Positions 44,995-58,377 of a DNA stretch of 64,000 nucleotides are shown here, piece after piece (position 1 is the first letter of the stretch; each line of letters opens with the position of its first letter). The stretch is taken from contig JAYQLI010000035.1 in NCBI GenBank assembly GCA_038143065.1, positions 576,001-640,000 on the forward strand, given 5' to 3'. Source of the stretch: Rhodospirillales bacterium (GTDB taxonomy: Bacteria; Pseudomonadota; Alphaproteobacteria; Bin95). The notes under the pieces were generated by a model that was given only the letters and a program-made list of their open reading frames with translations, did not search any database and was not told the origin of the DNA. Both the position numbers and the translations under genes were made by a program.

Positions 44995-47475
44995 ATGAAA
45001 CCATTTTTATCTTCAGCTTTTAAAATTACCTTGCTTTCTGGTTTTTTAGGCGCGCTGATTGCAATCTCCTTTGCCATAATTCTTTCCGAGGATATGGCAG
45101 AAACCTTCCTGATCATGCTGTTTTAGCAAAATACATCCCCCAGATAACAACACGGGTCCATGCTGGTGATGGAAGGATTCTAGCCGAATTTAAAAGAGAA
45201 CATCGACTATTCGTGCCAATAGGAGAGATCCCAGACATAGTTCGAGTTGCGTTCCTCTCTGCAGAGGATAAGGATTTTTATACTCATCCGGGAATTGATG
45301 TTCAGGCACTTACAAGAGCAGTTTTTCTAAACCTAAAATATTTAGCAACTGGTCGCCGATTAGTTGGTGGCTCCACAATAACTCAACAGGTTGCTAAGAA
45401 TTTTCTTTTAACCAATGAGGTTTCATACGAGCGGAAAATTAAAGAAGCAATTCTGGCATTTCGTATAGAACGAGCGCTCACAAAAGAGCAAATTTTTGAA
45501 TTATATTTAAATGAAATTTATCTCGGTGAAGGAACGTATGGCGTTGCTGCGGCAGCAATGACATACTTCGGCAAATCACTGACCGATCTGTCAATTGAAG
45601 AAGCTGCATATCTTGCAGCTTTGCCAAAGGCTCCCAGTAATTATCACCCAATCCGCCAGAATGCCGCCGCCATCGGGCGTCGCAATTGGGTACTAGGCCG
45701 AATGGCAAAAGACGGCTGGATAAGCCAAACTGAGGCAACAAGTTCTAGCGCATCCCCTTTGACCATTACAGGAAGACCAAAGCAAGAACGAGTAATTGCA
45801 TCTTGGTTTTCTGAAGAGGTTCGTCGAGAATTAAAAAATTTATATGGCGAGACTAGTTTATACGGCGGGGGAATGTCAGTCCGTGCAACCATAGATCCCA
45901 AATTACAACATATGGCAGATACGGCATTGGCTGATGGTTTAGAGACCTATGACCGCCGTCACGGCTGGCGTGGCGCAATCTCTACCCTCCCCTTAGATGA
46001 AAACTGGTTTGATAGTCTTAAAAAATATAAGCCCCCTCTCGGCATTCGAGATCGTCATATTGCAGCCGTCATAAGAACAACTCCAAAAGTTGCCTACATA
46101 GGGCTTCAAGACGGGACTTATGGTAGTATCCATTTTGAGGATCTAAAGTGGGCTCGCAAACGCCTCAAACGACAGAGAATTGGCCCCTATCCTAAAAAGT
46201 GTTTCAGACGTTCTAAGCCCAGGGGATGTAGTCACAGTTAGAGAGTTACCGAATATTCAAGAGGATATTCCTGACCTACCTAGAAGATATTCACTTGATC
46301 AAATCCCAAATATAGACGGTGCTCTCGTTGCAATCGATCCTCATACTGGGCGGGTTCTTGCCATGTCTGGAGGATACTCCGCTGACCGCAGCCAATTTAA
46401 CAGAGTTACACAAGCCAATCGCCAACCAGGCTCGGCAATTAAACCATTTATATACCTCTCTGCTCTAGAAGCCGGACACACACCAGCAACCCTGATTTTG
46501 GATGCACCAATCGTAGTAAATATCCCTGGTTATGGGCTTTGGAAGCCCCAAAATTATAGCGGGAAAATCTATGGTCCAAGTCCGATGCGCATTGGCTTGG
46601 AAAAATCACGCAATCTGATGACCATTCGCCTAGCTGAATATATAGGTATCGATAAAATTATCAGCACCGCAGATCGTTTTGGACTTGGGCAGAGAATGCG
46701 TCCTGAACTTGGCTCCGCCCTTGGCAGCGGTGAGGTTACGTTATTAGAACTAACATCGGCTTACGCAATGATAGCAAACGGAGGGCTTAAGATTTCTCCG
46801 TCTTTCATTGATACGGTTCATGACCGGAATGGAAATCTGATTTTTAGGCATGACAATCGTAAATGCCAAGAATGTATTGGTCCCAATGCAGATCCCTTAA
46901 TGCCCCGGAACTCCCAAATGAAAAAGAGAGAGTTGCGGATCCTCTTTATCGCTATCAACTCGTTTCAATGATGCAAGGTGTTGTTGAAAACGGAACTGGG
47001 AGAAGAGTTAAGACTTACAGGTCGACCACTAGCTGGAAAAACTGGAACAACTAATAAATCGTTGGACGCTTGGTTTGTTGGTTTTTCCTCGAACCTTACG
47101 GTGGGGGTATTTGTTGGATTTGATCAGCCAAAAACGCTCGGCCCCAGAGAAGGAGGCGGAAGCGTTGCTGCCCCTATTTTTGGGAGATTTATGCGCGAGG
47201 CTTGGCCTATCCTACCAGGCGCCCCATTTAAAACTCCACCCGGGCTAGAATTTGTCAGAGTTAACCGGCTTAACGGCCTGCCAGCAAAACAAGGCGATAA
47301 GAATACAGTCTTAGAAGCTTTTTTACCTGGAACTATACCCTCTGCAAACGACAATGTAATTGGGGCCGGTCTCAATGAAAATCTTGGCGAAATGATTCCA
47401 TCGATTTTATTTGACGAAGACGGTGACGATGAAGTTCGCGAGCAAGACATCTCAGTTCAAGATCGTACCAATTAA
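44995..47475 (+). CDS. mrcA: Penicillin-binding protein 1A (about three frameshifts)
   Basis: AEDKDFYTHPG, GGSTITQQVAKN, RKIKE, RQPGSAIKP (SxxK), SRN, KTGTTN. Confidence 0.93.
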
Positions 47476-47495
47476 GAGTATTAAGCGTCAGATAA

Positions 47496-47530
47496 ACATC
47501 GTTCATAAAATGTTTTTCATGGACGTATGT
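47496..47530. terminator. Candidate bidirectional terminator between convergent mrcA and rhlE
   Basis: ACATCGTTCAT..ATGGACGTATGT imperfect stem between convergent stop codons. Confidence 0.3.
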
Positions 47531-47592
47531 TCTTTGCTCATTACTCAAATTTCAATTTTTTGACACTCTTGAGCCATGAAAAGTTGGTTCGT

Positions 47593-48924
47593 CTATTTTG
47601 ATCGACTATTTTTGGGCCTGCGCCCCCTTGATCGCTCATTTGCGGGACGGCCATTAGGGCTACGGCTATTAGGGCCACGGGCTTGTTCCTTATCGCCTTT
47701 TTGTCGAGCTCTATGACTAGACGGTCGACGCGGAGATTGCCCACTCTTCGCCTTTTGAAATTTAGTTCTCTTAGGGGATTTCCCTGAGGGAACACCCCTA
47801 ACTCCTTCAGGAAGCAAAGAGACACTGATAAGGCGCTCAATATCCTGCATTAAAGCAACTTCGGCAGGATCATAAAACGTTATAGCAATGCCCTCTTTTC
47901 CTGCTCGCGCTGTACGTCCAATGCGATGCACGTAAGCCTCTGGGGTCACCGGGACATCGAAGTTTATAACGTGAGAAACATTCTCTATATGAATGCCCCG
48001 GGCAGCAATATCAGTAGCTACCAAAATAGGCATTCGTCCATCACGAAAAGCAGAAAGTGCTCTGACCCTTTGAACTTGAGTTTTGTCACCATGGATCGCA
48101 GCTGCAGCAAAGCCGGCAGCTTCGAGTTTCCGACAAACTCGGTCCGCGCCATGCTTAGTTCTTGTAAACACAATTGATCTTTCAACTTTTTCATCAATCA
48201 ATAAATTAGCCAGTTTTTCTGATTTTTCGTGAAATGGTACAGCGATCGCGCGTTGCTCTATTTTTTCTATTGGTTTGGAGGTTGGACCAGCCGCAACCTG
48301 AACTGGATTTTGCAAAAACTCTTGAGCTAGCTCGATGATCTGCCTGGGCATCGTAGCAGAAAACATTATTGTTTGGCGCTTCTTTGGCAAACTCGACATC
48401 AACCGCCGGATAGCTGGCAAAAACCCTAAATCAAACATTTGATCGGCTTCATCTAACACAACGACTTCCGTGTGATCTAAATTAACCGCACCGGCCGCAA
48501 GATGGTCTTCAAGACGCCCTGGGGTAGCAACAACAATATCAACACCTTGAGCCAGAGCTTTTATCTGGGGACGAGGTTTCATTCCCCCAACCACCACTGT
48601 GGTTCGAAGGCGCATATTACGACCATACGCCCGAGCATTTACCGCAATCTGTGAAGCAAGTTCGCGTGTTGGTGCAAGAACCAGCATTCTGCAACGTTTT
48701 GCGCCTGGGGGGCGAGGTTGTTTTGCCATTTTGTCTAGCATTGGGAGAATAAAGGCCGCAGTCTTACCAGTTCCCGTTTGCGCAATACCTATCAAGTCAC
48801 GTCCTTCCAATAGAGGCGGGATTGATTTCTGTTGTATTGGTGTAGGGTTTTCATACCCCTCGCTGACGACCGCACTGAGCAACGGCTCAGCAAAGCCAAA
48901 GTTTGAAAATTCGGACACGAGCAC
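47593..48924 (-). CDS. rhlE: DEAD-box RNA helicase, RhlE-like
   Basis: Q motif PTPIQ, AQTGTGKT, PTRELA, DEAD, SAT, HRIGRTARAG; basic C-terminal tail. Confidence 0.9.
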   Translation of the reverse strand: MLVSEFSNFGFAEPLLSAVVSEGYENPTPIQQKSIPPLLEGRDLIGIAQTGTGKTAAFILPMLDKMAKQPRPPGAKRCRMLVLAPTRELASQIAVNARAYGRNMRLRTTVVVGGMKPRPQIKALAQGVDIVVATPGRLEDHLAAGAVNLDHTEVVVLDEADQMFDLGFLPAIRRLMSSLPKKRQTIMFSATMPRQIIELAQEFLQNPVQVAAGPTSKPIEKIEQRAIAVPFHEKSEKLANLLIDEKVERSIVFTRTKHGADRVCRKLEAAGFAAAAIHGDKTQVQRVRALSAFRDGRMPILVATDIAARGIHIENVSHVINFDVPVTPEAYVHRIGRTARAGKEGIAITFYDPAEVALMQDIERLISVSLLPEGVRGVPSGKSPKRTKFQKAKSGQSPRRPSSHRARQKGDKEQARGPNSRSPNGRPANERSRGRRPKNSRSK

Positions 48925-49387
48925 TCTCTTTCCAACTCATCAGCAGGCGCAGACGAAAAATTTAAAAATGTTTTGGAAGCTTGCGTAAATCAGCCGCCGG
49001 CGAGGCACCATCATGGTGCTATAATTGTCAATGCATACCTTTTTCGACAATGGATGCTTTGTAGTTACCTCCCACGTTTACTGCTCTGCCTTCCATACGT
49101 GAGACGTTCTTATTTTAGGTTTTAACTACGGATCATGAATTAAAGTAAATAGCTTACATACGACGCGGCTAGAGGCCGCGCCTGAACGTATAAACTCTTC
49201 TTTCAGATTGCTTCATCCAAATCTGCTTTTTTGAGCTGAATTTTATGTGCTTTAAAATGTAGTCATACCCAAATTTTTCCGCAGCATTTCTAAGAATGTA
49301 TTGAAAAATTTTTATCCTACTGTCATCACTTGGCTATTAGTACTTTTCAGTTTTAGGCTTAAAAAAACTCACCCCAGGAGATGCAAT

Positions 49388-50137
49388 ATGCCAATTTTTG
49401 AGAATGGTTCCACACAGATTTACTATGAGGAATCTGGCAGCGGCTATCCTATGCTTGTTCTTCCCGGTGGTGGATTAAATGCGACAGTCGAAAATTTAGG
49501 ACATGCAGGCTCATTCAACCCTTTAAAGGAATTTTCAGATACCCATCGGGTAGTTGCATTAGATATCAGAAACGCAAATGGCGGGAAATCAACTGGTCCT
49601 TTAGAACCAGAAAAAGGGTGGGACCAATTCACTGATGATCAACTTGCCCTAGCTGATCATCTTGGTTTTGAAAAATTTGTCGTCACTGGTTTTTGCATAG
49701 GTGGTCCATTGATTTGGAACTTAATCAAGCGGGCACCTAATCGAATTGTGGCGGCTATTCTCGGACATCCCAGCGGTTTCCGCCCTGAAAAGCCAGACCT
49801 GTTCTATCAAAACAACATCAACGGATGGGCGCCAAAATTTTTAGAAACACGAGAGGACGTAACTATGGAAATGGTTGAACGTTTTCTAGCTAACATGTAT
49901 CGAAGCAACCCGGATTTTGTCTTCACCGTTGATCGAGATTTTGTGCGTAATTGCAATATTCCATTGCTAATTATGCCTGATGATGTAGCAGCTCACCCAT
50001 TTGCCTGTGCAATGGAAACTGCCAGACTATCTCCATCCGCAGAGGTAAGTATTTATCCATGGCGAGAACCATCAGGACACATGGAAATAGCCCTCAGACA
50101 TGCAAGGAGCTTTCTAAAAGCTCACACACCTACTTAA
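49388..50137 (+). CDS. Alpha/beta hydrolase with Cys at the nucleophile elbow
   Basis: IYYEESGSG, LPGGG, GFCIGG; AGGAG precedes ATG 49388. Confidence 0.8.
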   Translation: MPIFENGSTQIYYEESGSGYPMLVLPGGGLNATVENLGHAGSFNPLKEFSDTHRVVALDIRNANGGKSTGPLEPEKGWDQFTDDQLALADHLGFEKFVVTGFCIGGPLIWNLIKRAPNRIVAAILGHPSGFRPEKPDLFYQNNINGWAPKFLETREDVTMEMVERFLANMYRSNPDFVFTVDRDFVRNCNIPLLIMPDDVAAHPFACAMETARLSPSAEVSIYPWREPSGHMEIALRHARSFLKAHTPT

Positions 50138-50144
50138 ATTTGGC

Positions 50145-51364
50145 TCACTCAGCCGCGGCCTTTGTTTTCGATGCTGCATCAAAAATTGCACCTGTTTGAT
50201 GCAATTCATGTAGTTCATCTCTTGTGAAGCCCACATCTTCTAAAACCGCTACTGTGTTTGCCCCAGAGTTTGAGGATATAGCCGAACCTCTTGCGGTGTT
50301 TCAGAGAATTTTACTGCAGGTCGCGCATGCCTTACACGACCTTCTGTGGGATGGTCATATTCTTGAAAGATACCCACGGCTTTGAGATGCTCATCTTCAG
50401 CAAGGTGGTCTAAGGGCATGGCGCGGCCATTTGGAATATCGTTTTCTTGAAGCGCTGCAAGTAATTCATCAGTTTTCCAGGAAGCAACAGCTTTAGAGGC
50501 CATTTCATAAAGCTCAGCTATTTTGATGCTCCTAGTTTTAGGATCAACAACTCTCAAGTCATCAACCATATTTTCCTGACCCATCAACTTAAAAAAGTCC
50601 TGCCAATGCTTTGTATTATATGGCAAAATTGAAACATACCCATCTAAAGTTGCATGGGGACGACGATCTGGCGCCATCGCACGAGCATATCCCGTTGATC
50701 CCTCATTAGGAATAAATGTGTGGCCTGCATTATGCTCGATCATATTGAAGCCAACCATCGCCTCTAACATGGGAACTTCAACTAATTGCCCACTTCCCGT
50801 CTTCTCTTTATGGAAAAGGGCTGCAAGTGTTGCATGGGCGCAAAACTGTGAACAAATTTTATCACAAATTGATGCCTTTACGTAGGCTGGAGCGCCATCA
50901 GGGCCTCCCTGCATATCTGCAAGCCCTGAAAGTCCTTGAATAACATCATCGTATGCTGGCCGACGAGCATAAGGACCTTCCTGTCCAAAACCCACAAGAG
51001 CCACGTATACGATTGCAGGATTTGCCACTTTACAATCCTCATAGCCTAGACCCAATCGCTCCATAGCTGCGGGACGGATTGAGGTAATTATTGCATCTGC
51101 ACCTTGAATTAGTTTTAAGAGAGCATCTCTTGCACCAGTTTGTTTGAGGTCTAGAGCTATTGAACGCTTGTTACGATTTGCATTTATAAAAAAATGCCCC
51201 ATTCCAGGATTGCGCATGGGAGCAATACCGCGGGTAATATCTCCATCTAATGCCTCAACTTTGATAACATCGGCGCCATAATCTGCTAAAATCTGAACGC
51301 CATAAGGACCAAAGCCAACAGTTGTTAGATCTAGAATTCGAACTCCATCTAATGGTCCTGACAT
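50145..51364 (-). CDS. CaiB/BaiF family III CoA-transferase (C-terminal frameshift)
   Basis: PLDGVRILDLT, GADVIKVE, NRNKRSIALDLK, GFGQEGPYARRPAYD. Confidence 0.92.
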
Positions 51365-51574
51365 AAAACTGCTCCTTTTTTTGGTCACCCGACCCTAATC
51401 AATAGGATTTTCAGTCGTCTGAAGACGGTCTTATCAAAAAATACAATTATAAATTAAATAAAATTTTATTTAGTTATCTGATAGTCAGCTATCAGAAATT
51501 TTTATTCTACTTAAACCGTAAAAGTGAGAGAGCCGCCATCAAAATTAGGCTGCCAACACTCCCAAAATGTAATC

Positions 51575-52414
51575 TTAGTAGCTTGGGTTAGTAGAGTAAG
51601 GTGTCAGTTGAAGATCATGTGTCCAGACTGAACGATGCTGGCTGTGTAGGTACCAAAAAGCATTTGCAATCTCGCCTGCATCCATAACAATCTCTGGATT
51701 ATCAATTGCTTTTTGAGAGCCCGAGTGCCTGGAGAATCAATTAAGCCATCGATAATTACATTTGCTACATGAATATTGTGTTCTGAATACTCCTCTGTCA
51801 GCACTTGCGCCAATGTCCGCATCATAACTCGTGGATAATATAGAGATTGACCAGTTAGTCGTTTTCGGCCACGCAAAGAGCTGGAGTTATTAGAAATAAG
51901 GAACGTACCTGAGCCACGCTTACGCATCGCGGGCAAAACTTCTTTTGCCACGAGGAATGGACCACGACATGCGATATGCTGGGTCGTATCAAACATCTCT
52001 GTTGGGATATATTCTAACAACTCCATTTCTGGCGGGAGGTCCCGCCCCCTCCAGATAGCCAGCATTGTAGACCAACACTTCTGGATCTCCGGCTTCCTCT
52101 CTTATTTTGGCAAATGCAGCTTGGATTGACTCCTCAGATGAGAGATCAAGCTCAACCGTTAGGGCATCCCCACCTGCGTTATTAATTGCGGCCTCAAGGC
52201 CAGACGCATTAGAGGCAGTGCGGGTCGTCAAGATGGTACGAAAGCCTTCTGAAGCAAACTTTTGTGCAATAGCCCCACCTACACCCCAACGGGCAATAAT
52301 AGGAATATCAGCATCGTCTAGATTTTGACCATGCGCCAACCGCGTGTTGCGTCCGTCCGCCTGCCATTTTGAAGTTGCTCCAATCACCACCGCCACAGGC
52401 TTAGCTTGACCCAT
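51575..52414 (-). CDS. Atypical SDR-family oxidoreductase (two frameshifts)
   Basis: WGVGGAIAQKF, LVYNAG, SLRGR, HVANVIIDGLID; restored tail WTHDLQLTP. Confidence 0.8.
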
Positions 52415-52503
52415 TTTGACCCCCTGCTTTTATTTTAGACCATAGTTTAAGAAATTATTTTCCATAAATAGGAACGCTTAGAGAAGCTCTTTATCTATGC
52501 TCT

Positions 52504-52794
52504 TTATCTTTTAAGTTCGGTTTCGATGAATATGAATTCATAGGCGTTTACGTTGATAACATCATGTTCGACACCAGTTTCACGAAAATAAGGCTGACCA
52601 GCTACTAGATTAACTTCTGTTACTGACCCGTCCGAGGCCTCAATCGACAAAACTCCAGTTGTCATTGGCGTTACCATGTAATCCATTTCGTGTTTATGCC
52701 AACCTGTGGCAGCCCCCGGTGGAAACCGCCATTCTGTAACACGGATACGATCGTTATCGATTAAAATAGTGGGTATTGCAGACACTCTAGACAT
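52504..52794 (-). CDS. Cupin domain protein
   Basis: RVTEWRFPPGAATGWHKHEMDY..GVEHDVIN..FIETELK. Confidence 0.88.
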   Translation of the reverse strand: MSRVSAIPTILIDNDRIRVTEWRFPPGAATGWHKHEMDYMVTPMTTGVLSIEASDGSVTEVNLVAGQPYFRETGVEHDVINVNAYEFIFIETELKR

Positions 52795-52801
52795 AGTGCT
52801 C

Positions 52802-53966
52802 TTAAACCCCTTCGTATTGCCCTAATTCTGCTCTACGTACGATTGCCCAACGATATTGCTCAGGCCATAGAGCAAAGGCGTCTTCTTGCTCTAATGCTTC
52901 TGCCGCGTGGAGCGGCCAGAAAGGATTATGCATAAGTTCACGACCAATGCCGATTAGATCGGCTCTTCCAGCGGATAAAATATCTTCCGCTTGCTGAGGA
53001 TCAACGATACGCCCAACTGCCATTGTGCCAATGTCTGCATCTCGGCGAATTGTTTCTGCATACGGGACTTGGAAGCCTAGAGGTCGTTGCCCACCCTTAG
53101 GTAAAGGACGACCATCATCTTCAGCACGAAACGCTGGAGCGCCAGAAATGCCGCCTGCAGAGCAATCGATCACATCCACCCCTAAGGGATTTAAGTTCTT
53201 TAGCAAGTTTAACTGAGTCCTCGAGACACCAGCCGGCCGTATCAACCGCCGATACACGGAAGAAAAGTGGGAGATTGTCAGGCCATACTGCACGGACAGC
53301 TTCTGTTACCTCAAGCGCAAATCGCATTCTTCCAGCAAGCTCACCTCCATATTGATCATTTCTCTGGTTCGCTACGGGAGAGAGAAAACTATGGATCAAA
53401 TACCCATGGGCTCCATGAATCTCTATCACTTTAAAACCGGCCATTGCAGCGCGCTTTGCTGATGCAGCAAAATCCTCTACTAGGCTGGCAATCTCTCCCT
53501 CTGATAATGCGCGAGGGGTTTCCCATCCATCAGCAACAGGAACTGCCGATGGTGCTACTGTTTCCCAACCGCTGTCGCCCCAACTTGTGTCCCCTACCGA
53601 TACAGGTTTACCACCTGCCCAGGGTGGAGACGCAGAGGCCTTTCGACCAGCATGTGCAATCTGCAATCCCGGCACAGAACCCATCTGCTCTATAAAATTG
53701 GTTGTAGGTTTTAATGACTCTGCTTGCTCATCAGTCCAAATACCTAAGCACTTGGGTGTAATTCGTCCACGTGGCTCTACTGCTGTTGCTTCTGCAAAAA
53801 CCAACCCAACTCCACCGCGAGCAAACGTGGATAGGTGAGCAAACTGCCAATCTGAGGCAAGACCACTATTTGCGGAGTACATGCAAAGTGGAGATAGCAC
53901 CACGCGATTGGGCAGAGTAACACCGCGTAGTTCAAGCGGGCTAAAAAGTTTTGTTGTTTTTGACAT
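52802..53966 (-). CDS. NADH:flavin oxidoreductase (Old Yellow Enzyme, YqjM/NamA-like); frameshift near 53185
   Basis: NRVVLSPLCMY, QIAHAGRKAS, EIHGAHGYLIHSFLSP, GRELMHNPFW. Confidence 0.92.
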
Positions 53967-54131
53967 TTAAGCCTCCAAGTGCATCGTTGTTTAAATCCGT
54001 GTTCTTACAGTACGGCCATCGCCCATTTTAGGTGCGCTTTTCAAACAGGAGTAAAGTTTGCATTGGAGTAAGAATTCCCAGCCACACAAACTAAGCAATA
54101 AAGAGAAAGGTAATTCTCTTTATTTTACATT

Positions 54132-55686
54132 TTATTCCCATTCTATCGTTCCAGGTGGCTTTGAAGTTACATCGTAAGTCACTCGGTTAACGCCTCCCAC
54201 CTCATTAATTATTCGAGTTGCAACCCGGCCTAAAAATTCCATTTCAAACGGATAAAAATCCGCCGTCATCCCATCTGTCGATGTTACAGCCCGCAAAGCT
54301 AGTGCACTTTCATATGTACGCTCATCCCCCATCACCCCTACGGTTGATACAGGCAACAATACAGCAAAAGCTTGCCATATTTCATTGTACAATCCAGCCT
54401 TGCGTATCTCTTCAAGATATATGGCATCAGCTTTTCTTAGGGTTTCTAAGCGACCTTGCGTGATTTTCCCTGGAATTCTTATTGCTAGGCCAGGTCCTGG
54501 AAAGGGATGACGCCCCACAAAAGCATCTGGTAATCCCAACTCACGTCCAAGATCGCGCACCTCATCTTTGAACAACTCTCTCAATGGCTCTAGCAACTGC
54601 AAGTTCATACGCTCAGGCAGCCCGCCAACATTATGGTGGCTTTTAATTGTGACACTGGGCCCACCATCGAAAGATACGCTCTCGATTACATCGGGGTATA
54701 AGGTTCCTTGAGCGAGAAAATCTGCTCCCACCAATACGTTTTGCTTCTGCCTCAAAAATTTCGACAAATAGCCGTCCAATGGTCTTGCGCTTTACCTCTG
54801 GATCCGAAACACCATCTAAATCTCCAAGAAATTTACTTTCTGCTTCAACATGATGCAGCGGAATATTGAAGTGTTGTCTAAATAATGAAACTACCTCTTC
54901 AGCTTCCCCCAATCGGAGCATGCCCGTATCCACAAATATGCACTGTAATTGGTCTCCAATAGCTTCATGGATAAGCACTGCTGCTACAGCGCTATCTACA
55001 CCACCAGACAGGCCACAAATTACTTTCCCGTCGCCGACCTTTGCGCGGATACGAGCAATTTCCTCTTCCCTAAATTTTGCCATTGTCCAGTCACCGGAAC
55101 AAAAGGCGACATTTTTAACAAAATTGCTTATAAGAGCGGCCCCATCTGGCGTATGCACAACTTCTGGATGGAACTGCACCCCAAAATACCCAAAGGCCTC
55201 ATCTGCGATAGCGGCATAGGGTGCGTTAGGCGTTTTAGCAATAACTTTGAAGCCATCAGGCAAAGCTGAAACCGCATCTCCATGGCTCATCCAAACCTGA
55301 TATTTTCCACCAGCCGACCAAACTCCATCGAACAAAGCTGAATTCTCGACAACCTCAATCTGCGCGCGGCCAAACTCACGTTTTTCTGAATTAGTAACAA
55401 GCCCTCCCAGCTGATGAGCCATAGCCTGCTGGCCATAGCAAATACCCAAGACCGGAACGCCTAAATTGAAAACACATTCATCCGCTTGGGGAGCCGATGC
55501 ATTAGTTATGCTAGAGGGTCCGCCTGAAAGAATAATCCCTTTTGGATCATATTCTTTTAGCGTTTCTTGAATAACCTTGTTGAAGGGCCAAATCTCGCAA
55601 TAAACACCTGCTTCCCGTACCCTTCGCGCAATTAATTGAGTTACCTGAGAACCAAAATCGACAATAAGAATACGATCGTGCATCAA
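54132..55686 (-). CDS. guaA: GMP synthase, glutamine-hydrolysing (frameshift near 54740)
   Basis: [42 protein letters not shown]. Confidence 0.97.
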
Positions 55687-55696
55687 AAATCTTTCA

Positions 55697-57241
<1,545 letters not shown>

Positions 57242-57925
57242 TTATTCAAACTTTCTAAAGCCCGTAGCTACAAGGTACATTTCAGCGGAATCAGAGCGGC
57301 TAGCTGGCGGCTTAGCGTGCTTAACTTCTGAAAAATCCTTTTTTAAAAGATCCAATAATTCACTTGGCGCACCGCCTTGAAAAACCTTTACGGCGAATGT
57401 CCCACCTGTCCCAAGTAATTGGGCAGCTACATCATAAGCAGCTTCGGCCAATGCTCCGATGCGAAGCTGGTCAGTGCGCTTATGACCTGTGGTAGAGGGC
57501 GCCATGTCGGATAAAACAGCATCAGCTAGACCGCCAAGAGCCTGGGATATTTTGCCAACCGCCTCATCCGAAAAGATATCTAACTTCAGGATTGTAGCTC
57601 CATCGATTGGATCTACATCCTGTATGTCGACCCCAACAACAGAGCCTCCATTAAGCCTTTTAGCGATTACCTGAGTCCAACCACCCGGAGCACACCCAAG
57701 ATCAACGAACCGACCATTGGGAGATAAAATATTAAAACGAGTATCAAGTTCTGAAAGCTTGAACGCAGCCCTGCTCCTATATCCCTCTATCTGCGCCTTT
57801 TGAACGTAGGGGTCATTGAGTTGCCTCTGCAACCAACGGGCGGATGCATTTGATCGCCCGCGTGCGGTTCTAACTCGAGTTGCTAGCATTCGTGAACCAT
57901 CACCACGCCGGTTTCCTCTAGCCAT
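57242..57925 (-). CDS. rlmE: 23S rRNA Um2552 methyltransferase
   Basis: WLQRQLNDPYV, YRSRAAFKL, DLGCAPGGW, LSDMAP, KPPASR..E; likely start ATG 57925. Confidence 0.95.
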   Translation of the reverse strand: MARGNRRGDGSRMLATRVRTARGRSNASARWLQRQLNDPYVQKAQIEGYRSRAAFKLSELDTRFNILSPNGRFVDLGCAPGGWTQVIAKRLNGGSVVGVDIQDVDPIDGATILKLDIFSDEAVGKISQALGGLADAVLSDMAPSTTGHKRTDQLRIGALAEAAYDVAAQLLGTGGTFAVKVFQGGAPSELLDLLKKDFSEVKHAKPPASRSDSAEMYLVATGFRKFE

Positions 57926-58287
57926 TAGTTTCCTAAATCCTGAGTAATTGGCGGGATTCAGATGAAGATCATTATCATCACAGGCCGCCAGAAGACATAC
58001 TACTTTTGAACAGCCCGTCTGTTTTTCACACGACATGGACCAACCCATCAACAAGATAACGTTTCTCATGCCTGTGCTCGTTGATAATGGAGCTAGAACC
58101 AAAAAGACCTCCAAATCCATACTCACTGTCACTTTTGGTTCTTGCAAGTTTTCGTAATTTCCAAAATAGGGCAGTCATAAATTGTTTGCGAAAATTACAG
58201 TCGGCTTGCGCTTGGCTATACCATCGTTTCCTCGGGTACAAAAGCATAGATCAAAATGAAAAATCCCATAGAATCAAAGGTTAAATA

Positions 58288-58302
58288 TTCACATTTTGTG
58301 AA
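58288..58302. promoter_or_regulatory. Perfect inverted repeat TTCACA-TTT-TGTGAA, candidate operator for the cytochrome locus
   Basis: Seen directly, 75 nt upstream of ATG 58378 in the divergent intergenic region. Confidence 0.4.
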
Positions 58303-58377
58303 GTAACGAGCTTTCGTCCTAGGCAGATGGGTGTTAAGCTTATGCGCAAATTTGAATCTTAGTGATGGAAACGCGCC

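Noticed and set aside
44844-47592. mrcA lacks its common alphaproteobacterial neighbours amiC and prfB
   Set aside because: Most simply an ordinary rearrangement; no functional inference is possible from this window.
57926-58284. 74-codon in-frame extension of rlmE and short overlapping ORFs (possible ppx remnant or small protein)
   Set aside because: No recognisable motif in any frame; RlmE similarity begins near ATG 57925.
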